DNA of 28,830 nucleotides from Spongospora subterranea f. sp. subterranea (Eukaryota): NCBI GenBank assembly GCA_049724395.1, contig JAUGWO010000155.1, positions 124,001 to 152,830 of the forward strand, read 5' to 3'. Shown piece by piece: positions 1 to 9,760 of this stretch (position 1 is its first letter; each line of letters starts with the position of its first letter). The notes under the pieces were generated by a model. It saw only the letters and a program-made list of their open reading frames with translations, ran no database searches and was not told where the DNA came from. The position numbers and the translations under genes were made by a program.

Positions 1-133
1 TTCAGCTCTTTCGACGGGAAAAAACTATCTGGATTGATGATAACCATATGTTATTATGGCCTAAGGGAGAAGGGAAGTGAAATGAATAAATATTTGTTTG
101 AAAATTGGTAATTGTATCAGAATTTCTGTGCGG
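1..133 (+). pseudogene. Inverted partial copy of the IS630/Tc1-like transposase relic at 125-520 (continues off the window edge)
   Basis: 1-77 (ttcagctctttcgacgggaaaaaactatctggattgatgataacc...cctaagggagaagggaag) and about 109-133 (gtaattgtatcagaatttctgtgcg) match the reverse complement of about 310-420, with an AT-rich insert of about 30 bp between them. Confidence 0.75.
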
Positions 134-520
134 TTCTGCGAGTTATCAAACACGATCAAAGCTTGACAACTCGGATGTAAAATCTTGAATATTGGCGAAA
201 CTTCATCGCCCAGCTGCTTTGCTAGGTCAGCATTCGTCTAGCATCCATTCAATAGGAGCGCCAGGGTTCTGAGCTTGCTGTTCAGCATCGAGTTTGAGGG
301 GCCCATGGAAATCGCACAAGAATTCTGATACCATTACAGTCTTCCGTTCTCCCTTAGGCGGTAATGGCATTTGGTTATCATCAATCCAGATAGTTTTTTT
401 CCCGTCGAAAGAGTTGAAACACGATTCATCAAAACTAATTTTTGCTCTCCGGGTTTAAGCGTTGGCTCCACAATAGTCATCAACTCGTCTCCCTCAAATT
501 TTGCCATCCTTCGTTGGGGT
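125..520 (-). pseudogene. Decayed DDE transposase fragment, IS630-Tc1-mariner-like
   Basis: Joining minus-strand frames gives RRMAKFEGDELMTIVEPTLKPGEQKLVL / DESCFNSFDGKKTIWIDDNQMPLPPKGERKTVMVSEFLCDFHGPLKL / GC*TNADLAKQLGDEVSPIFKILHPSCQALIVFDNSQN. DES and FDN resemble the first and second catalytic Asp motifs. Contains frameshifts and a stop. Confidence 0.65.
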
Positions 521-544
521 GACCGACAGGAGTAGCGACGATGA

Positions 545-730
545 AGGTTCCCATGTTCGGTCAGAAACATCGTAGCCCTTCCAATCCACGAGGTACTGCA
601 TTTGTCCTCTAAACAAACGACACGCAATGACGTCTTTTACTTCGTACAATGGTTGCTGAGCATCATCCAAGGCGAAAGGGGGAGGATTACACTGTGTTTC
701 CGATCAGGAACAGAAAATGGATCAGCATTC
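545..730 (-). mobile_element. Chromodomain fragment typical of a chromovirus (Ty3/gypsy) integrase C-terminus
   Basis: Minus frame not in the ORF track reads PPPFALDDAQQPLYEVKDVIACRLFRGQMQYLVDWKGYDVSDRTWEP (YEV..I, YLV.W.GY, TWEP), preceded by a PPP linker. Confidence 0.8.
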
Positions 731-1192
731 GGCAAAAAGTGTTCGTCCAACTGTCGATTCCAGATGATCTGCGATGTTGCCGGCAGGTTTTGGTATATTC
801 GATTCAGACAATCACAGTTAATGATAGTCGGACCCCGTTGATGGTGTTCATCGCCCCTGCTAAATGTTGTAATTGATCTGACTCACTGTGATTCATCGAT
901 CGCTTCTTCCGGTGATCGTCGCCATTATTGCACTTCATTAAAAAATTTCAACAACAACATTCCATACCCCTATTCGATTAAAGACTAATCTCCCAGAATC
1001 CCACACGCTTTTCCAGGTCCTCAATGGAATAGTAGGTTGTATGGTTTTATAGTTTGTCCAAACTGAAAGACTTGAAAGCGTTCAAAGTTTTTTTCATCAC
1101 CAAAACGGGGTTGGGAGAATTGTCGCACCACAAATAACAGGAACCAGAGAGCTATGAAAGATCAGATGGAATCACTTTTTTGTCGCTCGGTC

Positions 1193-1420
1193 TTATGCCA
1201 AAACACCAATCGCGCCCGTAGCTGCTGTTCTTACCACCATGGCGCCCGTTGTCACAGCAGCGGCGACCGCTGTTGCAGCTCCTGCCGTAAATGTGCCAAT
1301 CGCACTTGCACACATAGCCACGAATGACAATGGAGCAGGTCCAGCTACCGCTGTGCCAAATGCACCAAAACCGACCCCCATTCCAACCGTCGTTATGGCA
1401 ATCATCGCGCCTAGACCCAT
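1193..1420 (-). CDS. Small Gly/Ala-rich hydrophobic protein, 75 aa (type A, glycine-zipper-like)
   Basis: ATG-TAA ORF that is almost entirely G/A/V/T/M. Paralog of 1799-2029: C-termini TTGAMV..AATGAIGVLA* vs TAGAMV..LIVAAIGCLA*, with similar DNA past the stop. Confidence 0.65.
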   Translation of the reverse strand: MGLGAMIAITTVGMGVGFGAFGTAVAGPAPLSFVAMCASAIGTFTAGAATAVAAAVTTGAMVVRTAATGAIGVLA

Positions 1421-1798
1421 TTGATATTGATAAAGCGCTCAGAACAACAAATGAGTCCTCCATTGTTGCCGACCGGTTCTGGTAGCTGACACTGCTGTTG
1501 AGTATTCATCGCCGCTTGTCATTGATTTACTATTGTTCAACGTTCGCGTCTCCGTTAATCGTCGCCGGTACCGCTGTTGGTTGAAAAGATTTCAACAATC
1601 GATAAGCCATTCAACGATCTCTTCTTTCCTAACGACATCAATCTCCTGATCTCTCATCACGATCCTTTCTCAACGTCAACATTGTCGCGATTTATGAAAA
1701 GTTATTGAGAGGGGTTTGGGTCACTTGCCATCACATGAACAAGAGGAACCAGAGCTTCGGGGAACACACGATGGGGAATCAGATTGGCCCGCTCCGTC

Positions 1799-2029
1799 TT
1801 ATGCCAAACAGCCAATCGCTGCCACAATCAGACTTCCCGCCGCGACCATCGCTCCGGCCGTCAATATTCCAATTCCGCCCGCCCCTCCAGTCCCGAACGC
1901 CAATGCACTTCCTGCCGCCAATGAGATGGCACTTAACCACATAGCCCCGGCCACCGGGGTCAACACGAACGCCCCCATGCCCATTGTCGTTGCCAACCCA
2001 GCGGCAATCATCACGCCCAGAAACCCCAT
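1799..2029 (-). CDS. Small Gly/Ala-rich hydrophobic protein, 76 aa (type A)
   Basis: MGFLGVMIAAGLATTMGMGAFVLTPVAGAMWLSAISLAAGSALAFGTGGAGGIGILTAGAMVAAGSLIVAAIGCLA. Start chosen by paralogy with 1193-1420; the upstream part of the 266-aa track ORF overlaps the tyrosinase gene and is probably spurious. Confidence 0.65.
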   Translation of the reverse strand: MGFLGVMIAAGLATTMGMGAFVLTPVAGAMWLSAISLAAGSALAFGTGGAGGIGILTAGAMVAAGSLIVAAIGCLA

Positions 2030-2093
2030 CAATGGGGTTGAAAACTTCAAACAACAATGGCCGAAGTCAGTTGTAATTGCTGATTTTGACCGA

Positions 2094-2128
2094 TTTCGGC
2101 CACACAGCTCATCCCGCCCCAGGAAAAC
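2094..2128 (-). promoter_or_regulatory. Conserved non-coding motif upstream of small hydrophobic gene (copy 1)
   Basis: tttcggccacacag...aggaaaac, repeated at 4996-5026 and 6983-7017, each about 65-85 bp 5' of a small-gene ATG. Confidence 0.5.
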
Positions 2129-2286
2129 ACACATTTGTGGCCGGAGAACATGTGTAATCAATGTTCGACTTTCCTGAGCAAACATCAGCCTTGGCGATTT
2201 CCAATATTCGATTGTGATTCCGCGAAACCTGTGTGGGAATAAAGGAATAATGTGTTTACTGATTGAGTTGAGATGGGATTGAGCCG

Positions 2287-4077
2287 TTAAAAGCATTTCA
2301 CATCGATATGATAATGAAGATTGGGTTGACAAGGAATGGGCAGACCCGTTCTCAGATCGATCGTTTGGAACGTGATGGCGTTGTTCAGGGTCTCGGCGGT
2401 GGCGTTCAATCGCGCGGCGGCGCGTGTCAGATCCACGATCCGATCCATGACGAAGGGCGAAGAATGTCCCATACCGAATAGCGCCGTCTTTCCGATCGTT
2501 CGACCGTTGAACACGGTTTCCAATGTGCACGGTTCGGGGGTCGAACAGACCGATTCGATTCTCAACAGGATCCGGTCTTGAACAGGATCTGGAGTACAAT
2601 CAGATTCAGGAAACGGCGACTCTTTCGTTGATTTCGATCGGGGAAGTTTTCGTGGTGGTTCGGGCGCCGGAATCACGTATTGATTGACGGGCGATGGTGA
2701 AGGAGATGGATCGGGCAACTCGTTCTTGACGGGTTCAGTGGGTTTCGCGGCGGATACGATGGCGATAACATTGTCGGGAAGCGCTGGCATGGTGAAGTGT
2801 GGTGCCGGGGGACCTGTGATCAAGGGCAGAACCGGTTGGCCAATGTCAAGCTTGGTTCGAGTGGCGGAATAAACGGGTTCGCCACTGCCGTCGGCGATAT
2901 GAACATGCTCGAACGACAGGGACGGGTTGCGGACGGTTGGCAACGAGATTGGGGCACGCTCCATCGGCGGCAGCGTCTCCAACGGGGAAACCGATCCAGG
3001 AATAAGTGGGGACAGTCCTTTGCCATAAACGGTGACATCAGCGGCACCATTCGGGGACGTCAATCGCAACGCGGGAACGGGTTCCGGCGTCGATGGCGCT
3101 GGAGTATACGACATGACTGAGAACAACAGGTTTTTGTCCAACGAGGATGAACGACGCTGCATTCGCAGTTGCAAGGTTTGGCGCCATTGAACAATCGCGT
3201 CAGGGGAAACTCCTGCAGTCCAACCAGAGAAATCCCCAACGATGTCGCCAGCTCGAACCTCGTTGCCTCCAACATTGATGATAGTGTCATTGAACCCATC
3301 AGGGTATATTCCATCCGGATTCAATAACTGCCATTGGAACCATCGCCGATCCGTGTTGATGTGAAGACTCCAGAATACCTACAGGCACACACGAACATTG
3401 GTCAAAACTACGGTTTTAGTGGACAAAACGCCATTAGAACATACCGGATCATAAGCAGCCACATCTAAATACGCTAGTCCTCCACCAACTGAATTATGTT
3501 GAAGATTATGAGCATCTTCCAGCGCTATTGTATGCTCAACGAACGAATTGGTTGAATAGAGGGCGACATTCTCCTTCTCCCTCAGGTCAGTAATCGGCAA
3601 CGGTTGCACTGGTGCGCGGACTGTTTCCGGTCCCGGATTGACTGGGGACCGGGCCTCCGTCGGCAACGTGACACTGTGCAACGGGTTGCGCTTGACCGTC
3701 CCATCACTGGCAATGTACGTCGGGTCGGTGAACGCCTTTGGCAACTGATCGCGACGACCATTCCAGTAAGGGATCGGGCAACCGACGGCCTGCTCCATGA
3801 TCGCCAGATAGACCCGATGCCATAAGAGGAACATGAGTTCGCCATGTGGACAAGCCCTCGTCTTATCGATCGATACGGTCGGCATACCGTGCCAGCCGGC
3901 AACGATGTAATAGCTGCCGTTGTCTAATGCTGCTTGGAGCATCTCACGATAGGCCAGTAGCTCTTGATCGGTCAGGGCCTCAATATTTCGTCGTCTGGTG
4001 GGCGGTTGTGCTTGTGCTGTTATCAGCATTACAGCCATGATTAATATAACGGTCGTTATCGACCGCCTGGCACTCAT
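2287..4077 (-). CDS. Secreted tyrosinase (type-3 copper protein) with long Pro-rich C-terminal extension; exons 4077-3445 and 3378-2287, about 574 aa
   Basis: Signal-peptide-like MSARRSITTVILIMAVMLITAQA. CuA His in GWHG, CPHG and FLLWHR; PYW motif; CuB HNLQH. A 66-bp GTATGT..TGTAG intron (3444-3379) restores YDP|VFWSLHINTDRRWFQWQ in frame with the 2287-3324 ORF. Confidence 0.9.
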
Positions 4078-4149
4078 AATTCTGGTTTTTTTGTAAAATA
4101 TAGAGAACTATTCGTGATCTGGTAGTTGAGTCGTTAGATTCCGACGCCA

Positions 4150-4560
4150 CATTGACTCATCTTTTGTGTTAGTCAATGGTGAATAGGTTTGAACGGTTCG
4201 CCATCTCATCGATAACCTGTTTTTTAGCATGGCGTGTGATTACAGGTCTTAGGTGAATATCTGTCATTGAAGACGGTGAATGTGATATCGTATATCTGAG
4301 AACATCAGGGATCAATGCGATAGTGTCAGACCGAAATCTATTTGTCGACAGAACATAAGGATATACTCATATCTGGTTTTGTTGACCGATCTGTCGATAC
4401 TAATCCTTCAAAAGGGTTTCATTGTATATGCGTTCTTCCATCGCTGTTTGAGATAGAGTTGACCAAAGCTGTACCGAATTTTAGAGTTCGAGTTTCCCCA
4501 TTACCATGAGATCAACAGGAATCTTTTAGTGTGGTTGACATTCCTGATAGATCACTTTTA
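4150..4560 (-). pseudogene. Decayed unknown gene X, copy 1
   Basis: DNA similarity to about 5570-5940 and 7500-7860 (aggtgaa.at.tgt.attgaagacg...gccgaa.tta.tggcggca.aa.at.agga). Minus frame PYVLSTNRFRSDTIALIPDVLRYTISHSPSSMTDIHLRPV..DEMA aligns with the other copies. Confidence 0.45.
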
Positions 4561-4665
4561 ACCTTTCTTTGATTGCGGATTGGTTTATTTCTTCAGAGAA
4601 GAAGAGAGATTGAAGGACTCGTCGCATCACATAATAGATTTCCTGTCACCGGGACACTTGTAGTC

Positions 4666-4923
4666 TTATAAGAACCCCAATATTACTCCCATAATAAATG
4701 ATGCAATATAGATTGCTTTTGCAGAGAACAGCCAAGGGCAGGCAGATTGTAAAATGGCGGCGACCCCACCACCAGCGACAGAAGCGGGTAATGTTCCAAC
4801 ATGAGGGACCACAGTCCCGAATTGCGCCATGGCCACCGGGACCAACGTGGCTGCCCCTTTGCCAAGAAGCGATGGCAATCCGACGCCAACAATCGCTCCA
4901 GCTGCCAACCCTAGAACACACAT
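4666..4923 (-). CDS. Small membrane protein, IFI6/IFI27(ISG12)-like, 85 aa (type B)
   Basis: LVPVAMAQFGTVVPHVGTLPASVAGGGVAAILQS resembles the ISG12 'GG..A.LQS' motif. Paralogous to 6717-6899 and 9761-10255. Confidence 0.65.
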   Translation of the reverse strand: MCVLGLAAGAIVGVGLPSLLGKGAATLVPVAMAQFGTVVPHVGTLPASVAGGGVAAILQSACPWLFSAKAIYIASFIMGVILGFL

Positions 4924-4995
4924 CGCCGATAGAGCTGTGGACTACAATGGCCGATTTGAATTGGTTTTCACGGGCCGGTGAAATTTACTGGTTTG

Positions 4996-5026
4996 TTTCA
5001 GCCACACAGCTCGGCGGGAGGAAAAC
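4996..5026 (-). promoter_or_regulatory. Conserved upstream motif (copy 2)
   Basis: tttcagccacacag...aggaaaac. Confidence 0.5.
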
Positions 5027-5039
5027 CATCGACACCCTA

Positions 5040-5530
5040 ATCGGGGAATGCTTTATAGCGAACAATGACGCGTTCGACGATGGAATGCGGTTTCAAATGT
5101 GCACTGTCTGGAGGGCGAATTGATCGATTTGATCCTCGAAGGGATTTGGGTTTGAAGTGGCTCTGGAGTACTATCGGCATTCAGGAAACGGCGATTCCTT
5201 TCGTTGGTTTTGATCGGGGAAGTTTACGTTGGGGTTCGGGCGGAGGAATCACATACTGAAGGACCATCGATCGAGAAGGTGACGGATCGGCCAAATCAGT
5301 TGAACGGATTGGACATCACACGTTGGTTGTTGATGGAACTCGGTCTGGTGGAGGGTAAGATGGCGACAACATGTTCGGAAGGCCTCAGTGAGCGATGATG
5401 TAGGAAAAGCTGTAATAGCGGCAGCGTTGGTTGGCCAACGTTAAGCGTTGTTCGGACAGGTTCGCCGTTGCCGTCGGTATTACGACCAAGTCGGCAATAC
5501 AGGAAAGGAGCTCGATCGGTCGGCAATTAG
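5040..5530 (-). pseudogene. Tyrosinase paralog remnant (C-terminal region only)
   Basis: LPTDRAPFL..DGNGEPVRTTLNVGQPTLPL and QYVIPPPEPQRKLPRSKPTK..CTFETAFHRRT match the intact LPTVRNPSL..DGSGEPV..LDIGQPVLPL and QYVIPAPEPPRKLPRSKSTK..CTLETVFNGRT. Frameshifted; Cu domain absent. Confidence 0.8.
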
Positions 5531-5569
5531 ATCAGGCCGAGAACGTGGCAGCGCTCGTGAGCTGTGACA

Positions 5570-6301
5570 ATTTCATCGTTATTGTCCCTTTTGCCATACG
5601 CGCCATCTCATTGTTTATCTGTTTTCAGCATCGCGTATCAGTACAGTTTTCAGGTGAAGATGTTCTTGAAGACGGCGTCCTATAGCTGGAATCATTAAAG
5701 ACCAATATTGTTAAGTCAGAGCCGAATTTATTGGCGGCAGAATATGAGGAAGTAAAGAGGTTATCAAATACAATAGAATCCAGGCGATTCAGCTGCTTTT
5801 GATGACGACGGTACTGTATTTTTCAATGTTGTTTGAAGATGAAATATCTCAACGCCCCAGTTTCTCCAAGGTCCAGTTCACTGAAATTACTTTTTCATTG
5901 CTATATAGGATGAAACTGAACAAAACTGGTCCCAACTAAAGTCCCAATTGTCACCATGATGACGCCCAACCTGAATTACTTGGTGTGTGTCGACATTCCT
6001 CTCAGCTCATTTCACCACAGCCCCCTTTGTTCCACAGCCCCCTTTGCCCGGTAAAAGTTGGGACAGGAACTGGTGAATGGAAATTCATTCGTTGATTGTG
6101 ACGATGGCAATTGACGATAATTTCCCGGGTCCCAGAATTCTCCAAACTGCTGTTTCCAACGATCCACTTTAAAATGGTCATGATGTTCTGCTCTCCCTCT
6201 TCCGCCACCAGGATCTTGTTCGTCGCCTTGTTGAGTGCTGTACTCAAATTGTGTTTCCGTTTCTTGTTTCCAATGAAATTGGTTTGCTGTTTTATCGTCA
6301 C
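5570..6301 (-). pseudogene. Decayed unknown gene X, copy 2
   Basis: Extended DNA similarity to 7500-7990 (e.g. ccagtttctccaaggtccagtt, gaacaaaactggtcc, gggacaggaactgg); MNFHSPVPVPTF vs MNLHWPVPVPYL. Confidence 0.5.
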
Positions 6302-6716
6302 GTTTTGTCGACGAGTGTAGAATTCTAACGTCCCCGTGTTCGACTCTAAAATCGGTTTTACGAGAAGCTTAATGAGTTTTATATTCCATTAATCTCGATC
6401 AACAAAGATGAGTTGGGAAATCCCTGATATGAACGCACAGTATAAACCAGGAAACAAAGGTTGGAAAACAAAATTGGTGATGGTTCGTTTACTTTTCCAA
6501 ATTGCTGTTCAATTGAGGGACTTCAACAACCATATCCGCAAAACTGTGGCTACGTCTCTCATTCCTAATAGAAACCAGCGTTCTGATATCTCATCACGCC
6601 TTTTTCTACAAAGACAGCTAACAATTCATCGGGTTTACGACCAATTATTGGATTTATTGGGTTCGCACTTGATCTCAGGTGTGTTGCCTCGCGCGCCTCT
6701 TGTAATCTTATACCGA

Positions 6717-6899
6717 TCAAGCTGCTGTTAGGGCATGACTTAGGTGTTGCAAAAAGGCGGCGACACCTCCATCCGCCAAAGAAGCATGAATCGTCCCAAC
6801 GCCCTCGATTACTTTTCCGAAGGCCCACATTGCATACGGGACTAACGCGGCTGCCGCATTGCCAACGAGTTGACCTAACAACACTGGAACACCCATCAT
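6717..6899 (-). CDS. Small IFI6/IFI27-like membrane protein (type B), 60 aa, possibly truncated
   Basis: LVPYAMWAFGKVIEGVGTIHASLADGGVAAFLQH aligns with the 4666 and 9761 paralogs but lacks their final hydrophobic segment. Confidence 0.55.
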   Translation of the reverse strand: MMGVPVLLGQLVGNAAAALVPYAMWAFGKVIEGVGTIHASLADGGVAAFLQHLSHALTAA

Positions 6900-6982
6900 T
6901 GTATTGTGTATTTCGGTAGATCTGTGGAAAATAATGGCCGAATGGGGGTGCCGTTAACCCCAACCGTTGAATTGCTGGTTTA

Positions 6983-7017
6983 TTTCAGCCACACAGAGCA
7001 ATCGGTGGCAGGAAAAC
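6983..7017 (-). promoter_or_regulatory. Conserved upstream motif (copy 3)
   Basis: tttcagccacacag...aggaaaac. Confidence 0.5.
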
Positions 7018-7029
7018 CACCAACAAGTG

Positions 7030-7475
7030 AGGTGGGGAATATCCCATATCCAACAGTGACGCCTTTCAGACCGTTTTGATCTGCATTGACGACATGTTGA
7101 TTGTTGGTTGAACCTGTGTCTGGCGATGAACCAGGTGGGGATAACCCCTCAATAAAGGATGATGTACGAGAAGCGGCGAATTGTGCCAGCGTTGTTGGCC
7201 AATGTTTAATCTTGGTTCGAACAGGACGCCGTTGCCGTCAAATACGAACAAGTGTGAAGACAGGAAAGGAGTTCAAACGGTCGGCAACAAGGCAGCGTTT
7301 TGTGTACCACAACGGTGTTGGCGACGTCAATCGCAACGCGGGAACGCGGTTGGCAACGTTCAACGATGCAGGGAGGGATGTGATTGATCATCCCATCACT
7401 GACACGGTAGTCGGGTCGGTGAACGCCTCAGACAACTCATCTCCACGAACAATCCAGAACGAGAATAGGCCACAG
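7030..7475 (-). pseudogene. Tyrosinase paralog remnant with multiple internal deletions
   Basis: Successive pieces FWIVRGDELSEAFTDPT (cf. YWNGRRDQLPKAFTDPT, exon 1), VPALRLTSP (identical to exon 2), LPTV..DGNG..LNIGQ, and KASLLDMGYSP (cf. KTALFGMGHSSP). Confidence 0.8.
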
Positions 7476-7489
7476 TGACCCATCTTGAT

Positions 7490-7990
7490 AATTGTGGCAA
7501 TTTCAGCGATATTGTCCCTTTTGCCATGACGCGCCATTTCATCATCGTTAACAGATTTCAGGTGAATATTTGTTATTGAAGACGATGGACTTGATATCCT
7601 ATAGCTGGGATCATCCTAGATCAGAGCTTTAGGAGCAGAGCCGAACTTACTGGCGGCACAAGATAAGGAACTAAAATGGGTATTTTGAAATACAATAGAA
7701 TTTCGAGCGAGTTATCTGTTGACGACGGTCCGAGTTTTTAAACCTCATTCTTCAGAAGTTGTTAAATAATGAGATAACGATCCAGTTTCTCCAAGGTCCA
7801 GTTTACTGATATTTCGTTCTCATCGCCATATGGGATGACGTTGAACAAAACTGGTCCATAGAGGCGAACCTGGATCAGTTGATGTGGGTGACATTCCTCT
7901 CAGCACAGTTCAACACAGCCTTTGTTGGACTGAGGTATGGGACAGGAACTGGCCAATGGAGATTCATTTCGTTGATTGCGACGATGGCGA
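7490..7990 (-). pseudogene. Decayed unknown gene X, copy 3
   Basis: Collinear DNA similarity with 5570-6115; in-frame stops; similarity ends near 7990 where the pogo-like relic begins. Confidence 0.5.
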
Positions 7991-8042
7991 CGATAGAGAT
8001 TGACGACTATCAATCTCCAGGGGCGAAAACTTCCAATTATCG

Positions 8043-9110
8043 ATGGCGCAGCGCAAACGCTGTAAGCGGTCGCGAAGAAGAACGGCTTCCCAGTACATCA
8101 GCAAGGACGCCTTTCGCAAATTCAATGCTAGCAATATGAACGGCAGGCGCGGTCGTAATCCGAAATACCAGACCGAGGAGACGTTCACCATCGACACTGA
8201 TCGTGACTCGCCCAATGAGGTTATGGCTGTTATACAGAACAAGATTGGCATTAACGATAAGAATTCATTAACGATAGGGAATCTTCATCGTTAACGTCGC
8301 AAGCAACAGCAAGTCGATGAGAACCCTGGGTGAGTCGTGTCATCGACCGGATGCAATACTCGAACCGTGTCGACAATATTTCCCAGAAGGTTCTGGCGGA
8401 TTGGAATGCACTGGCTACCAGGGAAACAGCGGCACGAATTCGACAGTCGTCTCGCAAACTGAACGTCGATGACGTCCTGAGTGATGATGAAACTTTTAAG
8501 GTTTATCGGGATGACAATGTATAGGTGCCGAAGAGTGTCGGGACCTTCGTGCCGGTCGAGAATGCCAAGAAGGGCATGACGGTAATGGTCGTGGCATCAC
8601 TGATGTCTTCGATGGCACTGCCGCCATTCATTATCGACACCGGCGAGTTCTGCACCTCCCTCATGAACGCGTGGAAGGACTACAATCGCTCATGTGTTCT
8701 GTTCAATAAGTCCCATTGGACGACCCTGAACACATTCATCATCTATTCAGAGCTGATTCTGAGAACATACCCTGGAAAGTGTGTCCTTCTGGTAGTGGAC
8801 CATTTTCTAGACAAATTTAGTGTTTGATGGACGACACTACCACCAATCTATTGGTCGATAACAGAATGGCTATCGAATTCGACCCCGGGGGAATTCTGAT
8901 TCCATTAAGAGGAAGTGTTCGATGAGATAGCGCCACTCATGTGGCGTTTAAAATCTGTGCGGTTTCTCTTCATTTACCGTTGAGATTCATTGCAAAGGTT
9001 GTGCACCAGGTCCGAGCCGCTCCGATCAACGTTGTTCGATGCAACCAGCTGGCGTCTCCAATCTGGAGAAGAATGACGGCGATCTGAATCATCAGCCCAT
9101 GCCAAAAACT
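8043..9110 (+). mobile_element. Decayed pogo/Tigger-like (DDE_1) transposase
   Basis: Consecutive ORFs: PWVSRVIDRMQYSNR..ISQK..DW; VLSDDETF (first Asp); KKGMTVMVVAS..LPPFIIDTG; SHWTT..FIIY..YPGKCVLLVVDH (second Asp); IEFDPGG. Contains stops and frameshifts; ends uncertain. Confidence 0.75.
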
Positions 9111-9760
9111 CAAACGGGAACCACTATTCCAGTCCACGACATTCCCTCAATTCAATTGTTGTCAACATAGAGATATCGGGTTTGGAATCGCATTCAACCA
9201 CTGCCATCGGATTGTTGACAATCTAGAGGGATTATGTGCGTCCAGCCGTGTTCGAATTGTTCCCGATCAATCGTAAACCGGTAGGCCAGGGGCTCTGATC
9301 GTCAACAACCGGTCTGGTGAAGCGATTATATCCTGCGACTGTGTCGTTGTTTTAGCGGTAAATATCGAAATTTGTTTATCACCTAAGACTATCGTGTGTC
9401 GCCGCGCGCAGACAATCCGGAAAACATTCGATTTCATGGTGTCGTAAGGCGTGGAGGACGCGCGACGACCAGGACGTTGCTCTACACATCGTTTGGTCAG
9501 GATGAGCGAACTGCCAAAAAGCACTACGTATCCGCCAACCTTGGCGGATCCACTTCAGTTAGTTTCTTCTGCTGATCGTCGCCCATTTGACTGTACAATT
9601 TGTGTTCTCATTTATAACGCAAACTCATTCCCTTTTTCTCATCAACTTTTGGAAACAACCAGTCGTCGAGTTTACAGCAAATTGATGATTTGTTATTGGT
9701 ATTTGGAATGAAAATTACAGACCACAGCCAGATCATCGAAAAACGCAATAAATCGTTGGT

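Noticed and set aside
323..333. tRNA-Met primer-binding site (TGGTATCAGA on the minus strand)
   Set aside because: It falls within the transposase coding motif VMVSEFL and has no adjacent LTR end.
1716..2599. Longer track ORFs (153 aa on +, 266 aa on -) as genes
   Set aside because: They are antisense or overlapping shadows of the Gly/Ala-rich small gene and the tyrosinase 3' end.
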